Shown here: positions 16,621-26,167 of the stretch, piece by piece
Layout of the letters: each line of letters opens with the position of its first letter
Position numbering within the stretch: the first letter of the stretch is position 1
From: Chloroflexia bacterium
GTDB lineage: Bacteria > Chloroflexota > Chloroflexia > Thermomicrobiales > JALYUS01
NCBI GenBank assembly: GCA_025928215.1
Contig: JAICJW010000003.1
Location: forward strand, 1 to 32,354
Reading direction: 5' to 3'
Length of the DNA stretch: 32,354 bases
Program-made: the position numbers and the translations under genes
The notes under the pieces: generated by a model
The model's database searches: none
The model's input: only the letters and a program-made list of their open reading frames with translations
What the model was told of the DNA's origin: nothing

Positions 16621-17745
16621 TTAGGCACGATGCGCGCCAACTACGGTGTCAGTGAGGGCGATGCCAAGACCGGGAGTATCCGGCAGGACATACATGCCAT
16701 CCTCGATGCGCTCGCTCGGTGTCAGCAGCGCGCCTCGCCACGGCACCTCGCCCCAGGCATGTTCGAGGGGGCGTACGCGGGGGAGGGCGGCGGCGACGTG
16801 CGCGCTCGCGGCCATCGAGACCGGCCCGCTCGGATTATGCGGCGCGACGGCGATACCGCATGCATCGGCAACGTTCCCAATGGCCACGGTCGCCGCGATG
16901 CCGCCGCAATGTTTCACGTCCGGCATGATGAGGTCGAAGAGGCGCGGGGTGAGATAGGGGAGGAATCCCGCGACGCCGTACAGCAGTTCGCCGCCGATCA
17001 ATTCCATGCCGAGATCGTGAACGTGGGAGCGCAATGTCCGTAAGCCATCCCGATCTTCCGTCGGTATCGGTTCCTCGAACCAGCGAACGCCGAGCGCGCT
17101 GAGTTCACGCGCCACCATATGCGCCGTTGGCAGGTCGAATTTGCTGTGGCAGTCCACATAGCAATCGATCGTGGGGCCAACGGCGTCCCGGACGGCGGCG
17201 ACGCACGCGATGCCGAGTTGTACGCGGTCGCGCTGATCGGATTCCTGGGCACGGCGCTGCTCCATCCCATCGAAGGGCGCGCATTTCACGGCGCGAAACC
17301 CCTCGGCGACCGCCTCTTTTGCGTGGCGGGCGAAACCCTCCGGCGTCCGCTCCCGCACGGCGCGGTTGATGTTCGCGTAGAGGGGGATTCGCGCGCGCAC
17401 CGGCCCGCCGAGCAGGCGATAGACCGGCACGCCCGCCGCTTTCCCCGCGATGTCCCACAATGCCTGCTCGCATGCCGAAACCGCCGTCGCTGCCGCGAGA
17501 CCGTCCACGAGCGGTTGCAGCGCCTCGCTGGCTGCCGTGACGGCGCGGGGATCCATGCCGAGCAGTACCGGGGCACACTGCGCTTCGAGGATGGTTGTGA
17601 CGATCTGATCCCGCTGCGGCGAGAAACCGCCGTGTGACGCCTCGCCGAGACCGACAATCCCTTCATCGGTCTCCAGATGGACGAAGATCCAGTCGCCCCG
17701 GTGATTGACGCGCACCCGCACTACGGACAGTCCGCTGATTTTCAC
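16621..17745 (-). CDS. Mandelate racemase/muconate lactonizing family enzyme (galactonate dehydratase-like)
   Basis: RBS GGGAGAGG, GTG 17745. ETDEGIVGLGE, ALWDIAGK..GVPVYRLLGG, metal ligands D(CH), E(EP), (G)E, and HNPSGP. Confidence 0.92.
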   Translation of the reverse strand: MKISGLSVVRVRVNHRGDWIFVHLETDEGIVGLGEASHGGFSPQRDQIVTTILEAQCAPVLLGMDPRAVTAASEALQPLVDGLAAATAVSACEQALWDIAGKAAGVPVYRLLGGPVRARIPLYANINRAVRERTPEGFARHAKEAVAEGFRAVKCAPFDGMEQRRAQESDQRDRVQLGIACVAAVRDAVGPTIDCYVDCHSKFDLPTAHMVARELSALGVRWFEEPIPTEDRDGLRTLRSHVHDLGMELIGGELLYGVAGFLPYLTPRLFDLIMPDVKHCGGIAATVAIGNVADACGIAVAPHNPSGPVSMAASAHVAAALPRVRPLEHAWGEVPWRGALLTPSERIEDGMYVLPDTPGLGIALTDTVVGAHRA

Positions 17746-17916
17746 ATCGCCTCTCCCATCGTTCATGGCACGATGCCACAGGAGGAGCATAGCGGAGATG
17801 GCGTCTGGACGCACATCGCCGTTCCATCTTTTTACATCTCCTTCCCAATTCGCCGTGTGTACGGTACAAATTGGGCGAAGCGGCGGGTTGGATAGGCGGT
17901 GAAGAGGGGGACGGTC

Positions 17917-18753
17917 GTGCTGAAACGGATTGGTTCGTGTTTCGGTATCCTGACGTGTATCGGCCTTCTCTCTCTGTTGCCGGCGGCGCCGGTCGCGGCG
18001 GCGGGTCTCGTCGCGCGCGTGGCGGGTGGCGGCATCCAGTTCGATGGCAACGGGTTCTATCCCGGTGAACTCGTGCAGGTCAATGGCATTCGCTATGACG
18101 GCAGCACCATCCCGTACGGACCGGCGACGGCGAACGCGGCGGGGGCGATTACCGGCATCGTGCCGTATGCCGATGCCGCACTCTACCAGATTGACGCGCG
18201 GGGTTACGCTTCGGGGATGCATGCGGTGAGCAACGTCACCGGCGCATTGCCCTATCCCGTCGTGCCGCCCGGCTATCCGTACGTCACACAGGTCTCCCCG
18301 GATTACACCGTTTGCGCGCCGGGAACATTGCCGATCAATGGCGGCTACGCGAACACCGGCTATCCGTTCACGGGCGGACCATTTGGCGGCCTTTATCCGG
18401 GGCCGGGTTTCAATTACCCCGTCCCGTCGAGCGGCGTGGTGCTCTATCCCTATCTCAATGGCTGTCCGAGCAGCGTCCTCGGCACGCCCACATGGGGGCC
18501 GAACGTGCCCTCCGTCATCGTTGGCGTACCTATTACCTTCACGGGTGTCGGATGGGTTCCCGGCGCCCCGGTAACGCTCTGGGCCACCGCGCCCGATGGC
18601 ACCAATCAATCACCGACGCTCGCGACGGTTGGCAGTGATGGCACATTGACCGCGACATTCGTCTTCCCGGCACCGGGGGCGTGGCATATCTCCGCGCAGG
18701 CAAGCGGGATGACCAATCCGGTGAGTGCCGTTGTGCAGGTGACTACCTCGTAG
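17917..18753 (+). CDS. Secreted hypothetical protein with duplicated small beta domains and a G/P/Y-rich insert
   Basis: RBS GAGGGGG, GTG 17917. Sec signal ending PVAA. Repeat pattern GxG[FW]xPGxxVx...DG...AT...G at both ends. Confidence 0.72.
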   Translation: MLKRIGSCFGILTCIGLLSLLPAAPVAAAGLVARVAGGGIQFDGNGFYPGELVQVNGIRYDGSTIPYGPATANAAGAITGIVPYADAALYQIDARGYASGMHAVSNVTGALPYPVVPPGYPYVTQVSPDYTVCAPGTLPINGGYANTGYPFTGGPFGGLYPGPGFNYPVPSSGVVLYPYLNGCPSSVLGTPTWGPNVPSVIVGVPITFTGVGWVPGAPVTLWATAPDGTNQSPTLATVGSDGTLTATFVFPAPGAWHISAQASGMTNPVSAVVQVTTS

Positions 18754-18773
18754 GTCGCCAACGTTTATCAGGT

Positions 18774-18799
18774 ATCGGTGAGAGCAGGCTTCCACCGAT
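18774..18799. terminator. Hairpin between convergent genes, REP-related
   Basis: ATCGGTG-AGAGCAGGCTTC-CACCGAT; contains the GAGCAGGCTTC REP core. Confidence 0.45.
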
Positions 18800-19555
18800 T
18801 TAGTGTACGGATGTCAGTTTTTCTGCCGCCGCCGCGTCGAGTAAGAATGTGACCATTCCTTCGGGTGTCCTGACCCCCTGTGCGGGGTACGCGGAAGGGT
18901 CAAATGGTCCCTCGATCACGTGCTGCACGGCGTCCGCCTTTTCGGCCCCGCCGACGAGAAAGAGTACATGCATCGCCGCGTCGAGTACCGGATAGGTGAG
19001 CGTCAGCCGCCATGAATCGAATTTCGGCACGTAGTTCGCCGTCGCCAGCCGTTCGGTCACTTCCAGCCCCTCGGTCTCGGGGAAGAGTGACGCCGTATGC
19101 CCGTCCGGCCCCATGCCGAGCAGAATCAGGTCGAAATGAGGAACGCGGCCCGGCGTGAGACTGAAGGCGTCACCGAGGGTGGCGTCATAGGTCATCGCCG
19201 CGCTCTGCGGATCGCGCTCGCCCTCCATGCGGAAGACCTGCTCCGGCAGCACCGGGACATGATCGAGCATCGCTTCGCGTGCCATCCGGTAATTACTCTC
19301 GCGGTCGTCGGGCGGCACGCACCGTTCATCGCCGAAGAAGAGATAAAGCGACGCCCACGGCACCGTATCGCGATACCGCTCGGAGGCGAGTAATCGGTAC
19401 AATCGTTCCGGTGTTGAGCCACCGGCTAAGGCAACGGTGCAGCGATTCGATTGGGCGACCGCGTCGTTCGCGATCGCGACGAACCGCCGCGCCGCCTCCT
19501 CGCTCACTGCGTCGAGATCGGGGAACACCACGACATCGCGATTCTCCTCGGTCAA
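18800..19555 (-). CDS. pgl: 6-phosphogluconolactonase
   Basis: ALAGGSTP, FFGDERCVP, SNY, LLGMGPDGHTASLFP, RLTLT. TTG start overlaps the opcA stop. Confidence 0.96.
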   Translation of the reverse strand: MTEENRDVVVFPDLDAVSEEAARRFVAIANDAVAQSNRCTVALAGGSTPERLYRLLASERYRDTVPWASLYLFFGDERCVPPDDRESNYRMAREAMLDHVPVLPEQVFRMEGERDPQSAAMTYDATLGDAFSLTPGRVPHFDLILLGMGPDGHTASLFPETEGLEVTERLATANYVPKFDSWRLTLTYPVLDAAMHVLFLVGGAEKADAVQHVIEGPFDPSAYPAQGVRTPEGMVTFLLDAAAAEKLTSVH

Positions 19556-20718
19556 TGGGAACCTCCACTTCGCGGGCTGGCGATGCGCATCGCGACCGCC
19601 AGCGCTTCATCGTAGACATGATCGCGGCGTACGGTGCTCACTTCCTCGGCGAGCATCTCCGCCACCGATCCCTCATGCATCGGTACGATCCGCTCCTGCG
19701 CCGTCTGGTCGCGCGCGCGCATGGTGACGACAGTATGCTCGCGGTCATCCGCGCGCTGGATCGTGAATGTGGCAATGCTCTCACCCGCCTGCGCGGTGAG
19801 CGTCGCGGAGAGGAGGCAACCGGGCGGTAGATCGGGTGCATGCCACGCGGAGAACTCCAACGTGACCGGCGCGTCGTCGTCGCGCATGACGACCATCATC
19901 TCCCGGCCAATGCGCCGGAGGTTCGGGATCGGCTCCCACGCGAGACGCGACGCGAGCCAGCTGCCATACAGCAATGCCTGCTCGGGATTGTAGTAGTCCT
20001 CGTCGCCGCAGGCGTATGTCACCTGTACCCGCTGGATATTGTCGAGATACGGGCGGATCGTTGGTGTATCGAAAAATTGGGCGGTCAGTTCCCGCCACGG
20101 TGTCAGGCGCGCCCAGGCGAGATCGCGGAGCGCGACGCCCGGATATTCCTCGGTGCCGAGCGCATGCAAACGTGAGAGCACCTGCACCGAATCGGGGAAC
20201 GCGCTGGAATCAATCACTAATTCGTCCGAGACATCCATGAGCGCAGGGAAAATCGGATGAGTGAACAATCCGTCGCCGGACCACCAGAGCACGACCGGCA
20301 CCTCAGGGACGAGGAGCGGGATGAGGGTGCCGGGTAACTGGCGAATGCCGTCTCCTGCCGCTTCGAGCGTCACCTGCTCGGAGCCTGATTGCTCCCTGCC
20401 CCCGCTGTAGTCGCACTGCGCGGATATCCAGGCGTGCAGGCGCGATTCGTCACCGTCCTCCGTGTGCAGAATGATCGTGCGGGAGGGATGCATTTGCCCA
20501 ACGCGCGCGGCGATTTCCTGCGCGTTCGCCGCGTTCGTTCCCGACCCCGCGAAGATAATGAGATTGAGGATGTATGCCTGCATGCTGGAACGGCCATCTG
20601 CATGGCTGGTCATCCAGAGCTGCGTCAACGCGTCCTCGATGTCGCGGACATCAACCGATTGCGGCCCGTTGCCCGGCGTGGCAATGGCGTTGGTCTCGAA
20701 GCCGTCCGTCACCATCAT
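19552..20718 (-). CDS. opcA: Glucose-6-phosphate dehydrogenase assembly protein OpcA
   Basis: RBS AGGAGG, ATG 20718. HPSRTI, LLVPEVPVVLWW, VIDS, DLAWARLTPWR, WLASRLAW. Lies between zwf and pgl. Confidence 0.92.
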   Translation of the reverse strand: MMVTDGFETNAIATPGNGPQSVDVRDIEDALTQLWMTSHADGRSSMQAYILNLIIFAGSGTNAANAQEIAARVGQMHPSRTIILHTEDGDESRLHAWISAQCDYSGGREQSGSEQVTLEAAGDGIRQLPGTLIPLLVPEVPVVLWWSGDGLFTHPIFPALMDVSDELVIDSSAFPDSVQVLSRLHALGTEEYPGVALRDLAWARLTPWRELTAQFFDTPTIRPYLDNIQRVQVTYACGDEDYYNPEQALLYGSWLASRLAWEPIPNLRRIGREMMVVMRDDDAPVTLEFSAWHAPDLPPGCLLSATLTAQAGESIATFTIQRADDREHTVVTMRARDQTAQERIVPMHEGSVAEMLAEEVSTVRRDHVYDEALAVAMRIASPRSGGSH

Positions 20719-20725
20719 CCGCCTC

Positions 20726-22291
20726 CTATCGTGTCCGCAGCCGTCTCCACGTCCGGCCATCGCGCGCGAGGAGTTCATGCGCGCGCTCTGGCCCCCAGGT
20801 CCCGGCATCGTAATTCGGGAACTGGGGCGGCGCGACCATCTTCCAGCCCTCGATGATTGCCGTGATCAGCGCCCAGGCGACCTCGACCTCATCGCGTCGC
20901 GTGAAGAGCGTCGAGTCGCCGAGCATACAGTCCAGCAGCAACCGCTCGTAGGCGTCCGGTGGTTCCACACCAAAATACGTGCCATAACGGAAATCCATGT
21001 TCACCGAGCGGATTTGCACCGTCGGCCCCGGCACCTTCGAACCGAATTTGATCGAAATGCCCTCGTCCGGCTGGATTTGCAGCGCCAGCACGTTCGGTTC
21101 CATTGTCTCCGCCGCGCGATCAAAGAGGAGGTGCGGCGCTGGCTTGAACTGAATCGCCACTTCAGTGACGCGCTTCGGCAGCGCTTTCCCGGTGCGAAGA
21201 TAGAAGGGCACGCCCGCCCACCGCCAGTTATCTATGAAGAACTTGAGCGCGACGAAGGTCTCCGTCGTCGAGTTGGGCGGGACGCCGTGCTCGTCGCGGT
21301 AGCCGGGGATGGGATGCCCCGCGACATCGCCCGGCCCGTACTGACCGCGCACGGTGAACTTATTGACATCCTCCGGGTGGATTGGCCGGATCGCGTGCAG
21401 AACCTTCACTTTCTCGTCGCGCACGCCGGTCGCGTCGTTCGAGACGGGCGGCTCCATGCCGATCAGGGAGACGAGTTGCATCATATGATTCTGCACCATA
21501 TCGCGTAGCGCGCCCGACTCCTCATAGTAGCCGCCCCGCCCCTCAACGCCGATGCTCTCCGCCACGGTGATCTGCACGTGATCCACGTAGCCGCGATTCC
21601 AGAGCGGCTCGAAGATGCCGTTGGCGAAGCGGAAGACGAGGATGTTCTGCACGGTCTCCTTGCCGAGGTAGTGGTCAATGCGGAAGACCTGCCGTTCCGA
21701 GAAAACCTCGGCGAGTTGGTTGTTCAACTCGCGCGCCGATCCGAGATCGTGGCCGAAGGGCTTTTCGATGATTATTCGCTGCCACGGCCCGTCGTCCGGC
21801 ACGCCCGGCGCGGGGCGGCGTGCCAGCCCATGCTCGCCGAGTTGGCGGATGATTTCGCTGTAGTTCGGTGGTGCGGTGGCGAGATAAAAAACGCGATTGC
21901 CGCAGGTGCCGCGCTCGCGATCAATCTGATCGAGCAGTTCGCCAAGGCGCGCGTAGCCGTCGCTGTCATGGAACTCGCTCTGGTGGTAGAAAATGCCCTG
22001 CGAGAAGTTCTCCCAGACGGTCTCCTGCGCCGGACGCACGCGCGAGAACTCGTTGATCCCCGATTTCATCTGATCGCGGAAGGTCTCGTTGCCAATCGGC
22101 CGCCGCGCCACGCCGACGACGGTGAAGCCGCCCGGTAGCAGCCGCTCGCGCGTCAGATTATAGAGCGCGGGCACCAATTTTCGGCGTGTGAGATCGCCGG
22201 ACGCACCGAAAATGACCATCACGCAAGGCTCCGGCGTGCGTTGGAGGCGCAATCCCTCGCGTAGCGGGTTCACAACGGTCGTTTCGAGCAT
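20726..22291 (-). CDS. zwf: Glucose-6-phosphate 1-dehydrogenase
   Basis: GASGDLTRRKL, EKPFG, RIDHYLGKE, RWAGVPFYLRTGK, AYERLL. Confidence 0.98.
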   Translation of the reverse strand: MLETTVVNPLREGLRLQRTPEPCVMVIFGASGDLTRRKLVPALYNLTRERLLPGGFTVVGVARRPIGNETFRDQMKSGINEFSRVRPAQETVWENFSQGIFYHQSEFHDSDGYARLGELLDQIDRERGTCGNRVFYLATAPPNYSEIIRQLGEHGLARRPAPGVPDDGPWQRIIIEKPFGHDLGSARELNNQLAEVFSERQVFRIDHYLGKETVQNILVFRFANGIFEPLWNRGYVDHVQITVAESIGVEGRGGYYEESGALRDMVQNHMMQLVSLIGMEPPVSNDATGVRDEKVKVLHAIRPIHPEDVNKFTVRGQYGPGDVAGHPIPGYRDEHGVPPNSTTETFVALKFFIDNWRWAGVPFYLRTGKALPKRVTEVAIQFKPAPHLLFDRAAETMEPNVLALQIQPDEGISIKFGSKVPGPTVQIRSVNMDFRYGTYFGVEPPDAYERLLLDCMLGDSTLFTRRDEVEVAWALITAIIEGWKMVAPPQFPNYDAGTWGPERAHELLARDGRTWRRLRTR

Positions 22292-22308
22292 CCGGGATCA
22301 CTCCTTGG

Positions 22309-22412
22309 TGAGTAGGCAGTAGTCAGTAGTCAGTAGGCAGTAGTCGGTAGTCAGTTGACAACGGAGGCGCTACGCCCTCTCTTCATTCTGACTACTGACT
22401 ACTGCCTACTCA
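22309..22412. repeat. Heptamer tandem repeat array with inverted partner (STRR-like)
   Basis: About six (CAGTAG[T/G]) units at 22309-22354 and about three inverted units at 22388-22412; perfect 25-bp inverted repeat. Confidence 0.88.
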
Positions 22413-22413
22413 T

Positions 22414-23565
22414 TCAGCCAGCGGCCTGTGCGCCTGCCGCTCCAAATTTCTCGCTCTTCGCGCGCACATCCTTCATGATCGCCTCGAAGGAGTCGGAGAA
22501 CTGCTTGATCCCCGCGTCCTGCAAGTCCTGTGTCACCTTCGCCATATTAATGCCGGCGTCCGCGAGTTCCTTCAGGACGCGTTGCGCGCCCGGATAGTCC
22601 TCCTCAACGGAGTTGCGCACCCGCCCGTGATCGCGGAATGCCTCGATTGTCGGCGGCCCCATCGTGTCCACCGTGTCCGGCCCGATCAGTTCCTCCGCGT
22701 AGAGGATGTCTCGATAGGCGGGGTTCTTGGCGCCGGTGCTCGCCCAGAGCGGCCGCTGCACCTTTGCACCCTTCGCCGCCAGTGCCTCCCAGCGCGGGCC
22801 GCTGAAGGTCTCGCGGAAGACATGATACGCTTCCTTCGCGTTCGCGATCGCGGCCTTGCCAAGCAGGCTTTGCAACTTCTCCTTCTCGGCTCCAGAGGCA
22901 TTCTTGATCTTCTCGTCCAGCATCTTGTCCACTGCGACATCCACGCGGCTGACGAAGAAGGAGCCAACCGAGGCGAGGCGATCTACCGGCTCCCCACGCT
23001 GCACGCGCGCTTCAAGCGCCTCGATATACGCGTTCATCACATCGCGATAGGAGGCAATGGAGAAGACGAGCGTCACATTGACATTGATTCCCTCGCTCAG
23101 AGCCTGCTTAATGGCCGGGATGCCCTCCGGGGCGGCGGGAATTTTAATCATCACGTTCGGGCGATCCACGACCTTCCACAGGCGGCGCGCCTCTTCAACC
23201 GTGTGCTTTGTGTCGTGCGCGAGCGTCGGTGATACCTCGATAGAGACGTAGCCATCGTGGCCGTTCGTCCGCTGGTAGACGGGCGCGAAGAGATCGCAGG
23301 CGCCGCGCACATCGGTCGTCGTCAACACTTCGTAGATTTCATCCCCGTTCTTTCCCTGTCGGGCGAGATCGCGCATCTGCTCGTCGTAATCGGTCTTACC
23401 GACGATCGCCTCCTTGAAGAAGTTCGGGTTGGAGGTTTGGCCAACCACGCCGTCCTCATTAATCAGCCGCTGCAATTCGCCGTCGCGGACGAGGGAGCGG
23501 CTGATATTGTCATACCAGACGCTCTGGCCGAAGTTCGCGATTTCTGTCAGTGGATTCGCTGCCAT
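22414..23565 (-). CDS. tal: Transaldolase (actinobacterial/type 2)
   Basis: GQSVWYDNISR, TSNP, VSIEVSP, Schiff-base Lys in NVMIKIPA, NVTLVFS, SFFVSRVD, QRPLWASTG. Confidence 0.97.
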   Translation of the reverse strand: MAANPLTEIANFGQSVWYDNISRSLVRDGELQRLINEDGVVGQTSNPNFFKEAIVGKTDYDEQMRDLARQGKNGDEIYEVLTTTDVRGACDLFAPVYQRTNGHDGYVSIEVSPTLAHDTKHTVEEARRLWKVVDRPNVMIKIPAAPEGIPAIKQALSEGINVNVTLVFSIASYRDVMNAYIEALEARVQRGEPVDRLASVGSFFVSRVDVAVDKMLDEKIKNASGAEKEKLQSLLGKAAIANAKEAYHVFRETFSGPRWEALAAKGAKVQRPLWASTGAKNPAYRDILYAEELIGPDTVDTMGPPTIEAFRDHGRVRNSVEEDYPGAQRVLKELADAGINMAKVTQDLQDAGIKQFSDSFEAIMKDVRAKSEKFGAAGAQAAG

Positions 23566-23641
23566 TGGTGCCTCCTCATACGAAACCGTGCCTCCACAGT
23601 TTCAAACATCATCAGTTCCGCATCATATTCCGTGAATAGCA

Positions 23642-23693
23642 GTGGAGCAGGCTTCAGCCTGCGTCCCGGATGGCAGGCGGAAGCCTGCTCCGC
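23642..23693. repeat. REP doublet (REPIN-like)
   Basis: GTGGAGCAGGCTTCAGCCTGC-10 nt-GCAGGCGGAAGCCTGCTCCGC; each unit is itself palindromic. Confidence 0.85.
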
Positions 23694-23717
23694 CCATACC
23701 TATCACAGCCTAACATC

Positions 23718-25220
23718 TCACCCTCTCGGCGGCACGAGCAGATCATAGAGATGGTCCTGCCGCCCGATGGCCGCTTGATAGATGCGATGCGCGTCCATGT
23801 TCGGTGTCACCGTCTCGCCGAGCGCGACGGATACGTCCTCCCATGATGGTATCGCACCCAACTGTTCAAGCGCGATGAGCGCCGCGCCCCTGCTTGTTGC
23901 CTCCGCCTCGCCGGACACTGTGAGTGGCTTGCCGAACACATCGGCGAGCATCTGCATCCATGGACGATTATTGAGCAGGGCGGAGCCGCTGATGATAATC
24001 TCTCGCGCATCCGGGTAATTCGCGGCGAGAATCCGCTCCATGAGCGCCAGCCGGTAACTGATCGCCTCAAGGAAGGCCCGAGCGATTTCCGGCGCCGTGG
24101 TGTCGAGCGAAAGACCGGTGATCGCCGCCCGCGCCCGCGCGTTGTAATTCGGGCTTCGCTCGCCGGCAAGAAAGGGCAGGATCATCAGGCCATGCCCGTC
24201 CGGTGGCACCGCCGCAATTTCCCGCGCGGTCGCGTCGTCATCTTCCAGCCGCATCCGCTCCTTCAGCCATGCCCATGCGTTGCCGCCATTGCTCTCCGCG
24301 CCACCAACAACGAAATGCCGCCGGTCCACCCGATAGGCCCAGAGACCCTCCGGTACGCGTACCGCCTCCGCGCGCAGCACTATCCGTATCGCAGTGGACG
24401 TGCCAGCATTGACGGCGACCCGCGATCCATTGACGCCACCGCTGCCGAGATTGCTCGCCGCCCCATCGCCGAGCGATGGATACCACGGCACATGCGCGAG
24501 CGGCGGCCATCGCTCCGCATAGGCAGCGGCTAACCCGATGAGCGGTTCATCCACGTCTCGCAGGGGCGATAGTTGATCGGCGCGCACCGGCAATGCCGCG
24601 ATCATCGTTTCGTCCCACTGGCATGCATTGAGATTGAGTAGGCCGCTACCGGAGGCCATCGAGAGCGAACAGGCCCGCTCGCCGAAGCAGAGAAAATGGA
24701 AATACTCGGTGAACGACATCCAGTACGTCACGCGCCCGACGAGTGCGCTGTCGGTCTCCGCGAGCCAGGCGAACTTGGCGGGCAGGTACATCGCGTGCAG
24801 CATGCAGCCGGTGCGCTCGTGGACCGCGCGCTCGTCGAGCCGGTGCCGCAGTTCGACCGCAGCGCGCTCGCTGCGCGTATCGGCCCAGGTGTAGAGCGGG
24901 GTGATTGCGGCGCCGTCCGCATCTACTCCGACGACGTTATGCCAGAAGGTATCCGAGGCGACGCCGCCGATCTTCTCGGCGTCCGCTCCGACTGCGGACA
25001 GCACGCCGTCAATCACTTTCGCCGTCCGTTCGACGAGGGCATCGGCGTCACAGAAGACGCCGCCGTCCGCGGTCGTCGTCATCTCGTGGGTAATTTGCGC
25101 GGTCATCCCATCAATGGGGCGCGCCCGCGCGTCGTACAGGAGGGCGCGCACGGACGACGTTCCGACATCGAAGGTCAGAACGAACGGCGATTGGGCATCA
25201 TCGAGAGAAACCTGAGCCAC
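23718..25220 (-). CDS. gntK: Gluconokinase, FGGY family
   Basis: RBS AAAGGGG, GTG 25220. DVGTSSVRA, FWHNVVGVD, TWADTRS, SMASGSGL, GDGAASNLGSG, LPFLAGERSP, EATSRGAA. Pentose phosphate context. Confidence 0.88.
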   Translation of the reverse strand: MAQVSLDDAQSPFVLTFDVGTSSVRALLYDARARPIDGMTAQITHEMTTTADGGVFCDADALVERTAKVIDGVLSAVGADAEKIGGVASDTFWHNVVGVDADGAAITPLYTWADTRSERAAVELRHRLDERAVHERTGCMLHAMYLPAKFAWLAETDSALVGRVTYWMSFTEYFHFLCFGERACSLSMASGSGLLNLNACQWDETMIAALPVRADQLSPLRDVDEPLIGLAAAYAERWPPLAHVPWYPSLGDGAASNLGSGGVNGSRVAVNAGTSTAIRIVLRAEAVRVPEGLWAYRVDRRHFVVGGAESNGGNAWAWLKERMRLEDDDATAREIAAVPPDGHGLMILPFLAGERSPNYNARARAAITGLSLDTTAPEIARAFLEAISYRLALMERILAANYPDAREIIISGSALLNNRPWMQMLADVFGKPLTVSGEAEATSRGAALIALEQLGAIPSWEDVSVALGETVTPNMDAHRIYQAAIGRQDHLYDLLVPPRG

Positions 25221-25330
25221 GAACGGCCCCTTTCGCGTGTCACACGCGCGGCGCATCCTCTCCCTATCGCCACACGCCGTCAGTATACCTGTTTCCCCCG
25301 CGATGGTCGCGTTTTTGCCGCGTCACGGCG

Positions 25331-25359
25331 TTGACCGCCCCGCACCCGCGTAGTACGCT
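25331..25359 (+). promoter_or_regulatory. Putative sigma70 promoter of lepB
   Basis: TTGACC-17 nt-TACGCT, about 30 nt before the start codon. Confidence 0.55.
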
Positions 25360-25386
25360 TCTGCGCGTGTGGGTTGCGAATATGAG

Positions 25387-26058
25387 ATGGGAATGACTGT
25401 GGCAAAGGATACGGAATCGGTCGAGGTCGTGGATGTTGCTGGTACCGGACCGATGGACCGGCCAGCGGCGCCCGATCAACCGGCGCGGTCGAACGCGGCG
25501 CGGGAACTGATTGAAACGCTGATTATCGCGGCGTTGCTCTTCTTCGGTATGCGGCTGATGATGCCGGCGGTCGTTGTGGATGGCGTCAGTATGGTGCCGA
25601 GCCTCCAGAACGCGCAGCACCTCCTGGAAAACCGGCTCGCCTACCGGAATATCGAGATCGGCGGCAAAAAATACTACCTCTTTCACGCGCCGAAACGGGG
25701 CGATATCGTCGTCATCAACCCGCCGGTCGCGCACGATAAGCCCTTCATCAAGCGCATCATCGGCTTGCCGGGCGATACGATTCTGATCCGTGACAACAAT
25801 GTGATGGTCAATGGCGTCGCGCTGCATGAGACGAATATCTCGGACGCGCCGCATTATACGTATCCGAGCGATGGACGCCCCTACACACTGGGGCCGGATG
25901 AGTACTTTGTTCTGGGGGACAACCGTAATGCAAGCGAGGATTCGCATTTCTTCGGCCCGATCCACAGCAGCGCGATCATGGGCAAGACGTGGATCTCATT
26001 CTGGCCGTGGAAGGACGTTGGGTTCTTGAAGCGTCCGGTCTACCCGATTCCATCGTAA
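25387..26058 (+). CDS. lepB: Signal peptidase I
   Basis: Single TM, catalytic Ser (GVSMVPSL) and Lys (FIKRIIGLPGD), GDNRNASEDS box. Start 25387 or 25393. Confidence 0.96.
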   Translation: MGMTVAKDTESVEVVDVAGTGPMDRPAAPDQPARSNAARELIETLIIAALLFFGMRLMMPAVVVDGVSMVPSLQNAQHLLENRLAYRNIEIGGKKYYLFHAPKRGDIVVINPPVAHDKPFIKRIIGLPGDTILIRDNNVMVNGVALHETNISDAPHYTYPSDGRPYTLGPDEYFVLGDNRNASEDSHFFGPIHSSAIMGKTWISFWPWKDVGFLKRPVYPIPS

Positions 26059-26078
26059 CGGTCAGGCTTTTGGGGGTT

Positions 26079-26104
26079 GGTAGCAGGCTGGAATGCCTGC
26101 TACC
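26079..26104. repeat. REP-like hairpin after lepB
   Basis: GGTAGCAGGC-TGGAAT-GCCTGCTACC, perfect 10-bp stem. Confidence 0.65.
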
Positions 26105-26167
26105 GCCGTGTTTCTCTGGCGCAGTGTACGGTCGTGACGGTTTAGCGGTGAAGCGAGAGGGGATCGT

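Noticed and set aside
17746-18609. Apparent 290-aa N-terminal extension of the dehydratase (662-aa ORF)
   Set aside because: Family homology starts at GTG 17745, which has its own RBS. The extension is antisense to the secreted-protein gene.
22309-22412. Possible CRISPR array
   Set aside because: 7-nt tandem units with no spacers and no cas genes.
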